From: Octopus sinensis
Lineage: Eukaryota
Length of the DNA stretch: 21,715 bases
Assembly: GCF_006345805.1 (NCBI RefSeq)
Contig: NW_021823574.1
Location: 1 to 21,715 of the forward strand
Direction: 5' to 3'
The stretch's first letter is position 1. Each line of letters opens with the position of its first letter. This document shows, piece after piece, positions 9,860 through 21,703 of the stretch. The notes under the pieces were generated by a model that was not told the DNA's origin, ran no database searches, and was given only the letters and a program-made list of their open reading frames with translations. Both the position numbers and the translations under genes were made by a program.

Positions 9860-10662
9860 GCATTCCAAGAACCATGGTCCATTTTACCCTTCTTCTGCCA
9901 CAATCTTCAGATTGTTTAGAATATTTTCCCCCAAAATTTTATGCAATTTTCTTGTATTAATTAAGGATGGTTTCCGCATTCTGATGTCGTTGCTAAACAC
10001 CCTCACATTATTGACTACGGTATACAATTTCCTCTTGTGTTTTGCCGGATTACTTTAGATCAGTGATTCACAACCGGGATCATTGTGGGGTCCGCGTAAG
10101 CAGAAGAGCAAGCCAGAGATCCACAACTAGTGTATTAAATGTCCGTGAGAAAAAGGTTTCTTTTGAGGTGGTTATTGCAAAAGACTAATTACATTTCGTT
10201 CTGTACTTTCTTACGAGTTCATAATTCAATTTACAGTTGTGAATGCTGGAAAAACAAAATAGAAATGTTGGAAAGAAATATCCAAAAAACTGGTTTTTAA
10301 ACATGGAATGGCTGTGGTGGTGGTGGTGGTGGGGGTGGGGGCATCAGTGTAAAATAATAATCAAAGGGTCCCAAAGATAAAAAAGGGTTTAGAACTAGTG
10401 TTTTAGATCATCCATGAACAGCAACGGTTTGAATATCTCCCGTTCCCCTCTCCCTTACATGAATGAAGCTGTTCGTTTTCTTATTTCGAGGGAGAGTGAT
10501 ATATTTGCAATGATAGTCAGATGTCCGCGAGTTCTTAATTCCGTTTCCTAATTCCACATGCTTAATCAGTATAGATTCATTATTTAAAATTTCCAAAATT
10601 TTCAGTGTCTTTAAAATCCAAGAGTGGGGTACCGTTTCAGTTGCTTCTTTTTGGTCAAGCCA
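9860..10662 (-). pseudogene. R4/Dong-clade RT remnant interrupted by a MITE
   Basis: WLDQKEATETVPHSWILKTL (10662-10603, cf. WIDYKKAYDSVPHSWI), LSLEIRK, LLFMDDLK (ending 10401); after the MITE, LK*SGKTQEEI and VNNVRVFSNDIRM (cf. VNTVRVFSxDIGM), then EEG/LE. Weak similarity may extend to ~9330. Confidence 0.8.
10061..10400. mobile_element. hAT (Charlie-like) MITE, 340 bp
   Basis: Imperfect TIRs CAGTGATTCACAACC (10061-10075) and GGTTTAGAACTAGTG (10386-10400), both close to CAGTGGTTCTCAACC; 8-bp TSD CTTTAGAT (10053-10060) / TTTTAGAT (10401-10408); removing it restores the RT frame. Confidence 0.8.
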
Positions 10663-10773
10663 CATCCTTTCGGGGTCGATAAAATAAGTACCAGTTGCAT
10701 ACTGGGATCGATCTAATCGACTGGCCCCTTCTCCCAAAATTTAGAGCTTTGTACATTTAGAGTAGAAAAGAAT
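10663..10773 (+). mobile_element. 5'-truncated SINE family B
   Basis: CATCCTTTCGGGGTCGATAAAATAAGTACCAGTTGCATACTGGGATCGATCTAATCGACTGGCCCC matches ~14349-14417. Confidence 0.85.
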
Positions 10774-10799
10774 GACTCTTTATTTCCGTCAGGCAACTT

Positions 10800-10892
10800 C
10801 TAGTTTATAAATATGGGACAGCTGTAGTGGTCCACCATTGTAAAACAATACTGAAAGGGGCCCATAGATAAAATAAGGGTCAAGAACTGCTG
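10800..10892. mobile_element. second fragment (right end) of the hAT MITE
   Basis: Aligns with 10290-10400 (TAGTTTATAAATATGG..GCTGTAGTGG..AAAGGGGCCCATAGATAAAA..GGTCAAGAACTGCTG). Confidence 0.6.
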
Positions 10893-11226
10893 CTGTTGAA
10901 TATTTCTTGTATTCTTCCTTCCCAGCAGCGTATTTGTCTGTCTTTCCTCTGTTTACCTACTTTCGACCCCACGTCTATTGCCATTGCCCCCAACAGGGGT
11001 CTTTGTAGATTATTTACTTTCAGCGGATAAATAAATAGCTGTGTCAATTCATCTCCGTTTAATCTCTTTTATCGTCTTTTTATTATATCCGTCAGGTCGC
11101 TTCTTTTGTCCATTCTGTTTTAATTAAGTTTGTCTAATATCTTACCTGTTGGTTCCATCGCCTTCTCATTCCAAATATCCAGACATTCTGATCCTTATCC
11201 AAGTCAGCATATTCAATGCTGTAACT

Positions 11227-11228
<2 letters not shown>

Positions 11229-11271
<43 letters not shown>

Positions 11272-11575
11272 GCTCGTTTTCTCTTTCGATCTCCCCCCTC
11301 TCTCTGTTTCTCTCACTCTGTTCCTGTCTTTCTGAGTGCCTCTCTCTCTCGCTCTCACTCGGTAACACTCCTGCTCTCTCCCTCTCTCACTATCGTCCCG
11401 CTCGCGCTCTCTCATGCTTTCTCTCTCTCTCTCTTTCTCACTCACTCCCTTTCTCTCTCGTTCTCTCTCTCTCATTTTTCTCTCTCCCACTCTCTTGCTA
11501 CCGTTCCACTCGCTCCCTTCTCTTTCTTTCTCTCTCTCTCTCTCTTTCGTTATCGTTCCGTCCGTGGCCTCTCAT

Positions 11576-11613
<38 letters not shown>

Positions 11614-12070
11614 ACCCCCTTTCTTTCTCGACCGCGCTCTTTCTCTCTCGTTCTTTCTCCCTCACCCCCCTCTCTCTCTCTCTCTCTCTGCAACCCATTC
11701 CATTCGCTCCCTTCTTCTCTTTCTCATTCTCTCTCCCTCTCTCCTTCCCTCTCACCCTCTCTCTATCTCTTCCTCTTCCTCCTCCCTCACTGCATTCCCT
11801 TCAGTTTCCAATATCTTCGTCCACCCCCACCGTACCACCCACGCATTTTTCGCTTTTCCATCTCCTGTCTAATTTCTCCTAATCTCACCGTCCATAGATA
11901 ACCAAAATGGTTTTAGAGAACCTGTTTCTCCTGCCAGTTTCTGCTCTGTTATTGGAAACACGCCTATTTTGTTCCAAAATATCGACATTCTTCTTCTATA
12001 CCCCCTCCCCCTCTATCTCCCTCCCCCCTCTATCTCCCTCCCCCCTCTATCTCCCTCCCCCTCTCTCTCT
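11229..12070. repeat. (CT)n-rich low-complexity tract with internal sub-repeats
   Basis: Directly visible; the source of the L/S-rich and R/E-rich ORFs. Confidence 0.9.
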
Positions 12071-12231
12071 CATTCGCCTCACTCCAAAATCAGTTCTAAC
12101 CTTCTCTGTTTGTTTAGTTCTTTCGTCCGAATGGTTTTAACTGGATTCTATCGTCTTTCTACCTCATTAAGATTTTGCGCTGCTGTAGTTGTTTGTTGTT
12201 TACTTTCACCTGTTGATCGGTATTTTGGTTA

Positions 12232-12555
12232 CCATCATCATCATCTCATCACCAACATGATCATGATCATCGCCCTAATATATTCTTCATCATCATCAAC
12301 ATCATTATCGTTGTTCTAATCCTAGTCCTCTCCTTCATCGTTCCAAACCTCATCATCCTAATCGACTTCCTCATCATCCTCATCATCATCATCATCATCG
12401 TCACCACCATTACCATCAGTTCCACCATCACCATGAACATCATCATCATCATCACTATCACCATGATCATCATCGCCACCACCATCATCGTCACTACCAT
12501 CACCATCATCATCATAACCACCACCATCATCATCATCATCATCATCATCATCATA

Positions 12556-12602
<47 letters not shown>

Positions 12603-12643
12603 AACCATCATCATCATCATCATCATCATCATCACCATCATCA
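12232..12643. repeat. (CAT/CAC)n microsatellite
   Basis: Directly visible. Confidence 0.95.
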
Positions 12644-12756
12644 TTGCTAACGCTGTTGATATTACGGGCCGTGATCTAGCAGAATCGTTAGAGCGCTGAA
12701 AGAAATAGAAACCAAAAATATAAAGTTTTATAAAAATTCTCCTGGAACATTTGCGT

Positions 12757-13077
12757 CTTATTATTATTATTATTATTATTGTAGTTATTATTATTATTAT
12801 ATTATTATTATTATATTATTATTATTATTATATTATTATTTTATGTTGTTGTTGTTGTTGTTGTTATTATTATTGTTATTATTATCATTATTATTACTAT
12901 TATTATTATTGTTGTTGTTATTATTATTATCATTATTATAATTATTATTGTTGTTGTTGTTGTTTTTATTATTATTATATTATTATTATTATTATTATTA
13001 TTATCTTTATTATTATTACTATTATTATTATTGTTGTTGTTAATATTATTATTATTATAATTATTATTATTATTATT
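12757..13077. repeat. (TAT/TGT)n microsatellite flanking family D
   Basis: Directly visible. Confidence 0.95.
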
Positions 13078-13626
13078 GAGTGAGAGAGCAGTTCATGCCA
13101 TCAAAGTGACACTGGGGTAAAATATACGAAGCCCAATATACACATCATGACTACCCGTCTGATAAAGGTACACCAGGCACATGCATCACAACCATATGTG
13201 CGCGACATGGTGATCTCATATCAAGATAAACAACACATGACCTTGCAGGTGGGGCCCAGTTAGAATTTTCATCAGGTTGAGTAGCCCATCCTGCTCAAAC
13301 GGTCCCTGAATAAGGGTTGCTTTAGGATGTTGAACGAAACACCTATGTTTCCAGAGGTGAACCATTCAAACTCCAAAGAATCCCTCTCAACACATGGCCA
13401 TGATGCTCCCCCACTACTTCTGCTCGTGATCAGAGATGCACGTATTGTCAGCCACTAAGGGACATGCTCAACTGGTTAAGGTCAAACAACTGACAAGCAA
13501 ACCTGTGGTATTGAGCAGAATATTTGCTGTAGCCCATCTTTTATACCAAGACAAAACAATGTACATGATAACACTTCCAGTCAGTTAAGATGAGAAGCCA
13601 TGAGAGCCACTGCCTGGTACTGCATC

Positions 13627-13628
<2 letters not shown>
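13078..13628 (-). mobile_element. ~550-bp unclassified element (family D) flanked by (TAA)n on both sides
   Basis: Complex sequence between 12757-13077 and 13629-13672 (TAT)n; second copy at 6525-6814; minus strand ends ...CTCTCTCACTC-AATAATAAT. The strand is inferred from the (AAT)n orientation. Confidence 0.8.
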
Positions 13629-13673
<45 letters not shown>

Positions 13674-14243
13674 GTCATCATTAATTAATTATTATGATTA
13701 CAAAAGCGTGAGAGGTAACGCTGTTATCATTACGTGAGTTTATATTTGTTGTCGACTTTGCTCAATTAAGCCATTATTATTACATTTTTTCCCTTTCAGT
13801 TAAAATCTTTTATGTTTTGGTAGCAGAACTAACCAATGGCGCAATACGCTACTTGTTCTGCTCTTAAGAATGTCAAACTTGGTTTTCTCTTTTCCCAAAA
13901 TACTCGTTTATAAAAACATTTATATTATTGTGGCGTCATTTATTTTCATAAAAATTTACAAAAATGAGAAGCAGAGGAATTTATATTTAACAAGGCAGAA
14001 CATATGTTTTCAGTAACAATCACAGGCAAATACGTAAATAATTAATTTCAAACAATTATTGTTATCATAACAAGAAAGACACACTCTTATGATAGGAAAG
14101 GAAGTGGTCGGCATGGTGGCTATGGAAGCATTTCAAAACGAAATGTTATCATCTTCATCAGGGAGACGTCTCTTAGCCTCACTGACAGAACTTACAATCA
14201 CGAATGTTGGTTCCGCGTGCTGGAACAAGACAGCAAGAACTAG

Positions 14244-14444
14244 GGAGACAGAGCTGGCAGAAACGTTAGCACGCCGGGCGAAATTCTTGGCGGTATTTCG
14301 TCTGTCTTTATGTTCTGAGTTCAATTTCCGCCGAAGTCGACTTTGACTTTCATCTTTTCGGGGTCGATAAATTAAACACCGGTTGCGTACTGGGGTCAAT
14401 CTAATCGACTGGCCCCATCCCCGAAAATTACGGGCCTTGTGCCT
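14244..14444 (+). mobile_element. near full-length tRNA-derived SINE family B with (TAT)n tail
   Basis: A-box-like TGGCAGAAACG 14255-14265; B box GAGTTCAATTTCC 14317-14329; multiple homologous copies in the window. Confidence 0.9.
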
Positions 14445-14448
14445 GCAC

Positions 14449-15078
<630 letters not shown>

Positions 15079-15098
15079 TTATTATTATTATTATTGTA

Positions 15099-15157
<59 letters not shown>

Positions 15158-15170
15158 CATTATTATTATT

Positions 15171-15329
15171 AAGGCGACAGCAACCTTGCAGAATAGTTAG
15201 CACGCCGGGCGAAATGCTTAGCGGTATTTCTTCTGCCGCAACGTTCTGAGTTCAAATTTCGCCGAGGTCGACTTTGTCTTACATCCTTTCGTGGTCGATT
15301 AAATAAGTACCAGTTACGCACTAGGATCG
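15171..15329 (+). mobile_element. SINE family B, 3'-truncated
   Basis: GCAGAATAGTTAGCACGCCGGGCGAAATGCTTAGCGGTATTTC...GAGTTCAAATTTCGCCGAGGTCGAC matches the 14244 copy; followed by a small GTACATAAGCT(T) duplication. Confidence 0.9.
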
Positions 15330-15654
15330 TACATAAGCTTGTACATAAGCTGCTAGACAGAAGGACAGAAACAACAGCGATTGACAACTCAATAGAATGT
15401 ATTTCTTAAATGGAGAATGATTGAATTTGAAAGGAAAGAGTATTGCTTCTGTTTAACGGAAGAAAAGACAAGCGATAGAAAGTGACAGGCTGATAAAGTG
15501 ATCGAAAAGAACGAGAGCTTGATAGAAATCAAATAGTGTGAGAAATAAGAAAAGTAAACAGAAAGATGGAACAATAACGACAAAGGAAACGAGAGACAGA
15601 CAGAGAAATGAAGAAGACATGGATTAACGTGAAAAAAAAAACAGGCGGCACCAT

Positions 15655-15722
15655 CACGTGGGTGAATGTAGCGATCAGTCAAACATATCACGTTGCAAAA
15701 TGTGAGAGTAGACGACATGACA

Positions 15723-15761
<39 letters not shown>

Positions 15762-15886
15762 AAAATATAGCAGACGACATGTCATTTGACTAAATGCATA
15801 CGATCAGCCGACATGTTACGTGACCGAACGTAGAGAGACGCAGCATTGCTACGTGACCAGCAAACAAAAGATGTCATAACGTTATG
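15655..15886. promoter_or_regulatory. CpG-motif cluster, possible cis-regulatory element
   Basis: CACGTG 15655; AGACGACATG at 15710 and 15772; CGATCAG at 15672 and 15801; TACGTGACC at 15817 and 15850; palindrome CATAACGTTATG 15875-15886. Confidence 0.3.
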
Positions 15887-16503
15887 CTCTAAACCTTGTT
15901 TTTATTCAATGCTTTCTTTCAACAATCTATCATGGATGCAATTTCTTTAATATTTTTTAGTTTGATGTGAAATATATTCATGATATATTCGTTAAGAAAT
16001 TAGTATGTTGCTGTTAGTCAGTTCTTAATAACACTGTTTAATTATGCAATTAAATTTGCATTTTGCAGCAGCGGGATCTCATAATCTTATTTTAAAACGA
16101 CAAAAATACGTTACTGTAATTTTATAAGTTATAAATATGTAGCTTGCGTCACTCCTAATCTCGTTTCGTGTTAGATATATCTTAATTATATTTATGTTGA
16201 ATGTTTGATACTTTAAAGCGTCTGGAATTTTTAACTGCTTTATTCTTGTGAGTGAGTGTGTGTGTGTGTGATGTCCTGATATTATAATCCATTTGAAAAT
16301 AGTCAACAGATTGTGTTTCTAACGATATATGGTCGAGAGTTACGGTTTATAACATCGAAACGTAGGAACGAATTGGAAGATACACACGACATTATCAAAC
16401 ATGTCCGAATGCAACACTTTCAGCAAATTTGGTACCGAAGAGTAAGAGAAATATTTAGAAATAACCAAACAATGTTACGAAGATGGGTGAATTTATGTAT
16501 CAG

Positions 16504-16720
16504 AATGGTTTTGAAATTTTGGCACAAGGCCAGAAAGGTATGGTGAGGGATTAAGACGGTTAGATAGACCCCCAGTGGTCAGCAGGTATTTATTTTACCG
16601 ACACGGAAAGGATGAAATACAAAGTCGACCTTGGCGGAATTGGAACACAGAATTCAGAACGTAAAGACAGAAGAAAATCCGTTAATTATTTTGCTCTGTA
16701 TCGTAATGATTCTTACAGTT
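16504..16720 (-). mobile_element. degenerate SINE family B copy
   Basis: GGCACAAGGCC...GACCCCCAGT...GAAAGGATGAAATACAAAGTCGACCTTGGCGGAATT...AGAACGTAAAGACAG is the reverse complement of the family B body. Confidence 0.8.
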
Positions 16721-17759
16721 CTTCACTTTCAATTTATGAATCAAAATGAAAAAAGAACATTTATCCAAAGTGGCAATTCCACACGAGTTCTGCTAGAAAG
16801 ACATTACTATAAGAGTAAATTATTGGGTTCGTAGCTGCTATGTCAAAGTTATCAACCCCATAAATCTAAGGTATTGTTTATAAAATTATACGTTGTTTCA
16901 GTATATAACAGATCAAACCATAATTGTACATTCTTAAAATATATAGTTATCTGAGCAATTTGGTGTAATTTTAAAGTCCTGCTTGTCGAATTCCTTGGAA
17001 CAAATTATGTTGCAGAGCTAATAATAGCTGAGATCGCTGCTTCTCATAGGAATATTATGGCTTTTCACTGAAATATTGTTGTGGCTTTTCATTCTCAAAC
17101 ACACTCAATTCACAAACGAATATGAAAAAGATTCGTTTATTTTCGAACAGTATCACATCTGTTGTTTAAAGTAACATGGGCGAGAACTGGTTGGCAAACA
17201 TTAACGATTTATTCGAACACGGATCTAGATTAAGATTTAATGGACTCACGAGGAGTGAACTGGAAGGAGAAAATTTCTTTCTAATATTTGAGATCAGTAT
17301 CTGAAAGACGAATAACCAAATTCGAACGAAATTTTATTAGGCATTGTAAGGAATTGCCAAGTATTTTCATGTTAGTTATATACGGAATATAATAACTAGT
17401 AAAAGAAGAAGATAACACTTCTTGATATACAATTTTAAAGTAGATTTAATAACGCCATCAATCATACCGTATGGCAAAAAAACGTATGGTTTTCTAAAGT
17501 GTGTGTTCTCAGAGTGTGTTTCCTATTGTGTGTATGCATGTAATATATGTATGTATATGTTTATATATAGTTATGTACATATGTATATGTATATATATGC
17601 ATATATTATATATGAATGTGTGGTGTGTGTGTGTGTTTGTGTGTGTGTAATATAATGACATATTATGGCATACGTGGAAGCTGTAATATCATTTCCTGTT
17701 TAGTTATATATTAAACATTTTTCTAGCTGAAAAGAGAAAGCATCGTCCATCATTCAGAG

Positions 17760-18911
17760 GCGTGCTTGGTGACTTCATAATCTTGTGATAAAATTCTATG
17801 ATAGTTATGTGATAAAAATATAATAGTATATTCGTACAATACATGTCGTCTCGTCGTTCTGGTATTATTTTCGGTGTCAGAAAGTTTCGAGCCCGGACAT
17901 ATTGCAAGGTACCTTGTCTTATCCCAACGGAGAACCCAAGCTTTGTGAGTAATTTGGGTAAAATGAAACAGAGTAGCAGACATCGGATGGATTGCGTTGT
18001 ACTAATATCTATCTCTAAGTCTAGACTAATCTATCTCCCGGCTTTATATCACAAGCCGGTCCTTAGATACTTTTAGTCGCTGCTTATTTTTTTAAACCGC
18101 CACTGAATTGGAAGAGCCTGCAAAATATGTATGATGGCAGGATGATCACGATTATTGGTCCAAAATTTACGTGTCTTTGACTATCCTCTTATCTCCAGTC
18201 AATAAGATAATCGCTTTCATTAATGCAGGAATGCATTGAGGAATTCTTGAATTTTGGGATTATCCTCCCTGCTCTTATAGACCTGCTCTGAAATGCTATT
18301 TTATGTATGTAACACACCCAAGAGGCAGAGATAATTTTTGAAAAAGCAAAAACTTATGCAACACGGTATCAATACATCGGTGATTGTCTCTGCTGCTCAG
18401 ATACACGTTACTTGTTACTCTGAGTTAATTCCTTTTGTTTATAAACGTTTATATTACCTAGAATATAAAAGAGTCCTTCTCCTTTTGACAAGTCTCGCTT
18501 TCCTATGGCTACTTGATTTAATATTGGACAATTCTCGTGTAAGGGCCCTCGATAATTCTGGGTTGGTGTCTCACGTGCTGGAAGAACACTGGGAGTAAGG
18601 CACCGCTTTGATTTGTCAAAGCATGCCTTTAGGACCCTCTTCTATGTCTGCTTCGATAATCTGCGGTGACTTGGACAGCGAACCCTCAGCAACTGTCCAC
18701 AGTCAACGTCAAGATATGCTGTTACGAATCATACTATCCAATGTGTGTATTCATTTAACCGAGGACCACATGTGATCTTATATTCCTAGTCTAACTCCGA
18801 ATTCGTTGGTCGTTTCCAGCTTAAAGAATCCCCGGTGAAGGCAGCTACAAGTACAAATAAGTAATTGTCGCGCTGATGACGACTCTTTAGCCAGAAACAC
18901 GTGTCCACGAC
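17760..18911 (+). mobile_element. decayed Penelope-like element (RT palm/thumb, GIY-YIG endonuclease, 3' hammerhead)
   Basis: LYHKP 18044-18058 (cf. VYRKP), IGRACKIC 18107-18130, DYP 18179 (cf. NGYP), NIGQFSC 18520-18540, GRTLGVR 18580-18600, AVTNH 18718, LKES 18820, stop 18862-18864, hammerhead from 18867. The motif order fits PLE RT-GIY-YIG; many stops; the left boundary is approximate. Confidence 0.6.
18867..18911 (+). ncRNA. type I hammerhead ribozyme motif with palindromic stem III
   Basis: GTCGCG-CTGATGA-CGACT-CTTT-AGCCA-GAAA-CACGTGT-C-CACGAC: cores intact, GUC triplet (C18905), stem III ACAC/GTGT without a loop, stem I 5/6 and stem II 3/5 paired; all three mismatches are C.A. Confidence 0.75.
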
Positions 18912-19067
18912 TGTCTTCTTATCTGTAGACGATAAGCTTGTTCTTTCTCTTGATGGCATGCTAACTTTGGAAAATTATTTATTCAAGCGGAAAATCACAC
19001 AGCCTCATGCCACCTACAGAGATTTGTTCATTCAAGAGAGTTTCTCCTCCTCTCACGTAGAGCTGCA

Positions 19068-19148
19068 GTTTAATGCCATCTGCTAATAATGCCATCTGCT
19101 AATAATGCCATCTGCTAATAATGCCATCTGCTAATGATGGCATTAAAC
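19068..19148. repeat. 4 x 16-bp tandem repeat inside a 13-bp inverted repeat
   Basis: TAATGCCATCTGCTAA x4 (19071-19134); GTTTAATGCCATC (19068-19080) pairs with GATGGCATTAAAC (19136-19148). Confidence 0.95.
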
Positions 19149-19664
19149 CAGCAAAGGCGGAGAAAATATTGATAAAACGTGAGGTATGTCGCAATGTATT
19201 TGATACAACTGTATCAGTCTATGTTACGCAATAATAAAACTATATTTTATTGAACATACTTTAGAGTAAATATTGAATAAGAAATTGCAAATTTATTGCT
19301 GCCTTCTTAACTTGTATTATCGTGATTCCATATATCTATGATATTATTAAATAATATATTGGTATTATATTATATTAGCAAAATAAAAACATATTAGTAC
19401 AACGCTATATTATAAATATATTTGCGATGCAACACATATTAGCCAATAAATCTAATATTATATAAACAGGTAAATTTTAATAATATTTTAGAAATGAAGT
19501 AATATACGAGAATAATTGTACGACATAGATGTTTATGCTATGTTGCAGATTATTAGCGCCGTACGACTAAAATAAATCTATTAATATAATGATATAGTAG
19601 AAATCAATATACGTTGCATCATAATGTCCGTGTCACTTTGAGGTGAGATATGACATAAAAATAT

Positions 19665-19711
19665 GTAAATATGTATATATATATGTATATATATACATAT
19701 ATATATATGTA

Positions 19712-19789
<78 letters not shown>

Positions 19790-20176
19790 TATACATATAT
19801 ACATATGTATTTATATGTATGTATTTGAAAATATATATATGTAGGTATATGGCAACACGTCATAAATAATGGGCTTTATACATTTATTTGTGCATTATAG
19901 ACTCAAAGCTGTTTCTGATATTTATTTTGAGAACGTTCATGGTTCAGTTTACTCTGTTGATCTCTCGATCCATTAATCTATTGAGGATGTCGGGACATCC
20001 GTTAGAATTCTTTCGTTGTCGGCCTCAAATGCATCAAATGTCAAAGTGAATGTAGAGATGAAAACAGAAGAGAATGATAAACGAAAAAAATACAAGGAGA
20101 ATGGAGTGAATTTGGTCAGTGTTATATCTTTATGGATAGTCATCAAGGTATAGTTATGTTGGCATGGCTGAAAATT

Positions 20177-20229
<53 letters not shown>

Positions 20230-20692
20230 CTAAAAAGAGCAATAATACTGGAGAATCAGTGCACACAACGTGGCAAAATTATGAGTTGAAAATATGTGGA
20301 AACATATAAAAAGTGGAAGAGAAATGCCTTTGATTCACATAGTTTGATCTTTTTATAACACATTTTTTTCTTATATACATACATATTTTATGGATGTCAT
20401 GATATCCAACCGGTTTTCGCTATTAAAATTAGCTTTTCAATAGACATTGGGAAGTAATCATTTCTTGTGACAAAGAACAAATTGTTGGAATAGAAATGTG
20501 TAAGGATCAGGTAGTCAAGTGTCTATATTAAGGTGTGGTCTGTACTTTTGTATGAACCGGTTTTCTGTCTTTAGGCGTTCTTGTAAGAAGACTGAATCCT
20601 TGCATTGGTTTTATGGAAATATATGGAAATTCGGTGTTTTATTTCTTGCGCATCTGTCAATATGCTCGCTCAGAGATATCTGTATAGAATAT

Positions 20693-20739
<47 letters not shown>

Positions 20740-20756
20740 GTGTGTATGTGTGTGTA

Positions 20757-20811
<55 letters not shown>

Positions 20812-20845
20812 AATACTAAATTTCTAAATCTCTCGTAGAGACATG

Positions 20846-20885
<40 letters not shown>

Positions 20886-21423
20886 CATATATGTATTTCT
20901 ATACATATGCTGGTTGGTAGATATATATAACGATGGTTGTTCCTGATTCCACAAAGTTACACATGATGGACGATTGTAGAGAAGGCCAAATACGATTCAG
21001 ATATTAAATAAGAATATATTTTGCAACTTTTCCATCTACGATAAACCAAACGCAGATGCGGTGTGATCCGGAAACAAAGAACGTAAGGGAAACTAGAAGA
21101 CCCGAGGAACAATTATGGAAAACAAAACAATGATCCTTGATTCTTAATTAAGTTGTTTCACGAAATAATAAACGCAATGATTCATTGAATCGAATATTAT
21201 ATTAACGATTATTAGAAGAAAGTTTTGTTATGAAAGCAAAGGCTATTTCTTATTAGTTTTAAATTACATATGTTGCTCTTCATCGTTAACCCGGGATACG
21301 TATTGATATCTGCAGTATACTTGTACAATAACTTTCAAGACACATTTACAAAGGATATGAATAGAACGGTTGGTGTCTTTCAGAGCTACTGTGCGATGGT
21401 GCGTACGTTTCAGTGTATATATA

Positions 21424-21462
<39 letters not shown>

Positions 21463-21661
21463 CGTGTGTGTGTGTGTGTGTGTGTGTTTGTGTATTCCTT
21501 TATTCTTTTACTTCTATCAGTCATTAGACTGTGGGGAGGCTGCAGCATCACCTTACCTACACACATGCACACACACACATATATATATATGTGTATACAT
21601 GTATGTATATCTATCTATCTTATATTATATATATATATATATATATATATTAATTTTATAT

Positions 21662-21703
<42 letters not shown>

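Noticed and set aside
10408-10737. 109-aa ORF as a real gene
   Set aside because: Chimera of antisense SINE B (N-terminus) and the decayed RT remnant.
11130-11901. Two 250-aa L/S-rich ORFs
   Set aside because: Stop-free translation of (CT)n repeats.
12267-12644. Poly-Met ORF suggesting a reflectin-like protein
   Set aside because: Pure (ATG)n microsatellite without the MD(X)5MD reflectin motifs or Tyr/Arg/Pro content.
13269-13275. Minus-strand CTGATGA in family D
   Set aside because: No paired stem II closed by GAAA and no stem I partner.
14130-14165. Minus-strand CTGATGA followed by a 5-bp hairpin
   Set aside because: The hairpin is followed by CGTTTT rather than GAAA, and stems I and III cannot form.
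16313-16546. 77-aa ORF with DIIKHVRMQ..WY resembling a LINE thumb
   Set aside because: Too weak to call without a profile search.
17911-17925. Minus-strand GIRQG suggesting a LINE RT
   Set aside because: Isolated motif; the plus strand gives a longer collinear Penelope RT/GIY-YIG/hammerhead series.
19071-19134. Direct repeats as a CRISPR array
   Set aside because: Head-to-tail 16-mers with no spacers, in a eukaryotic context.
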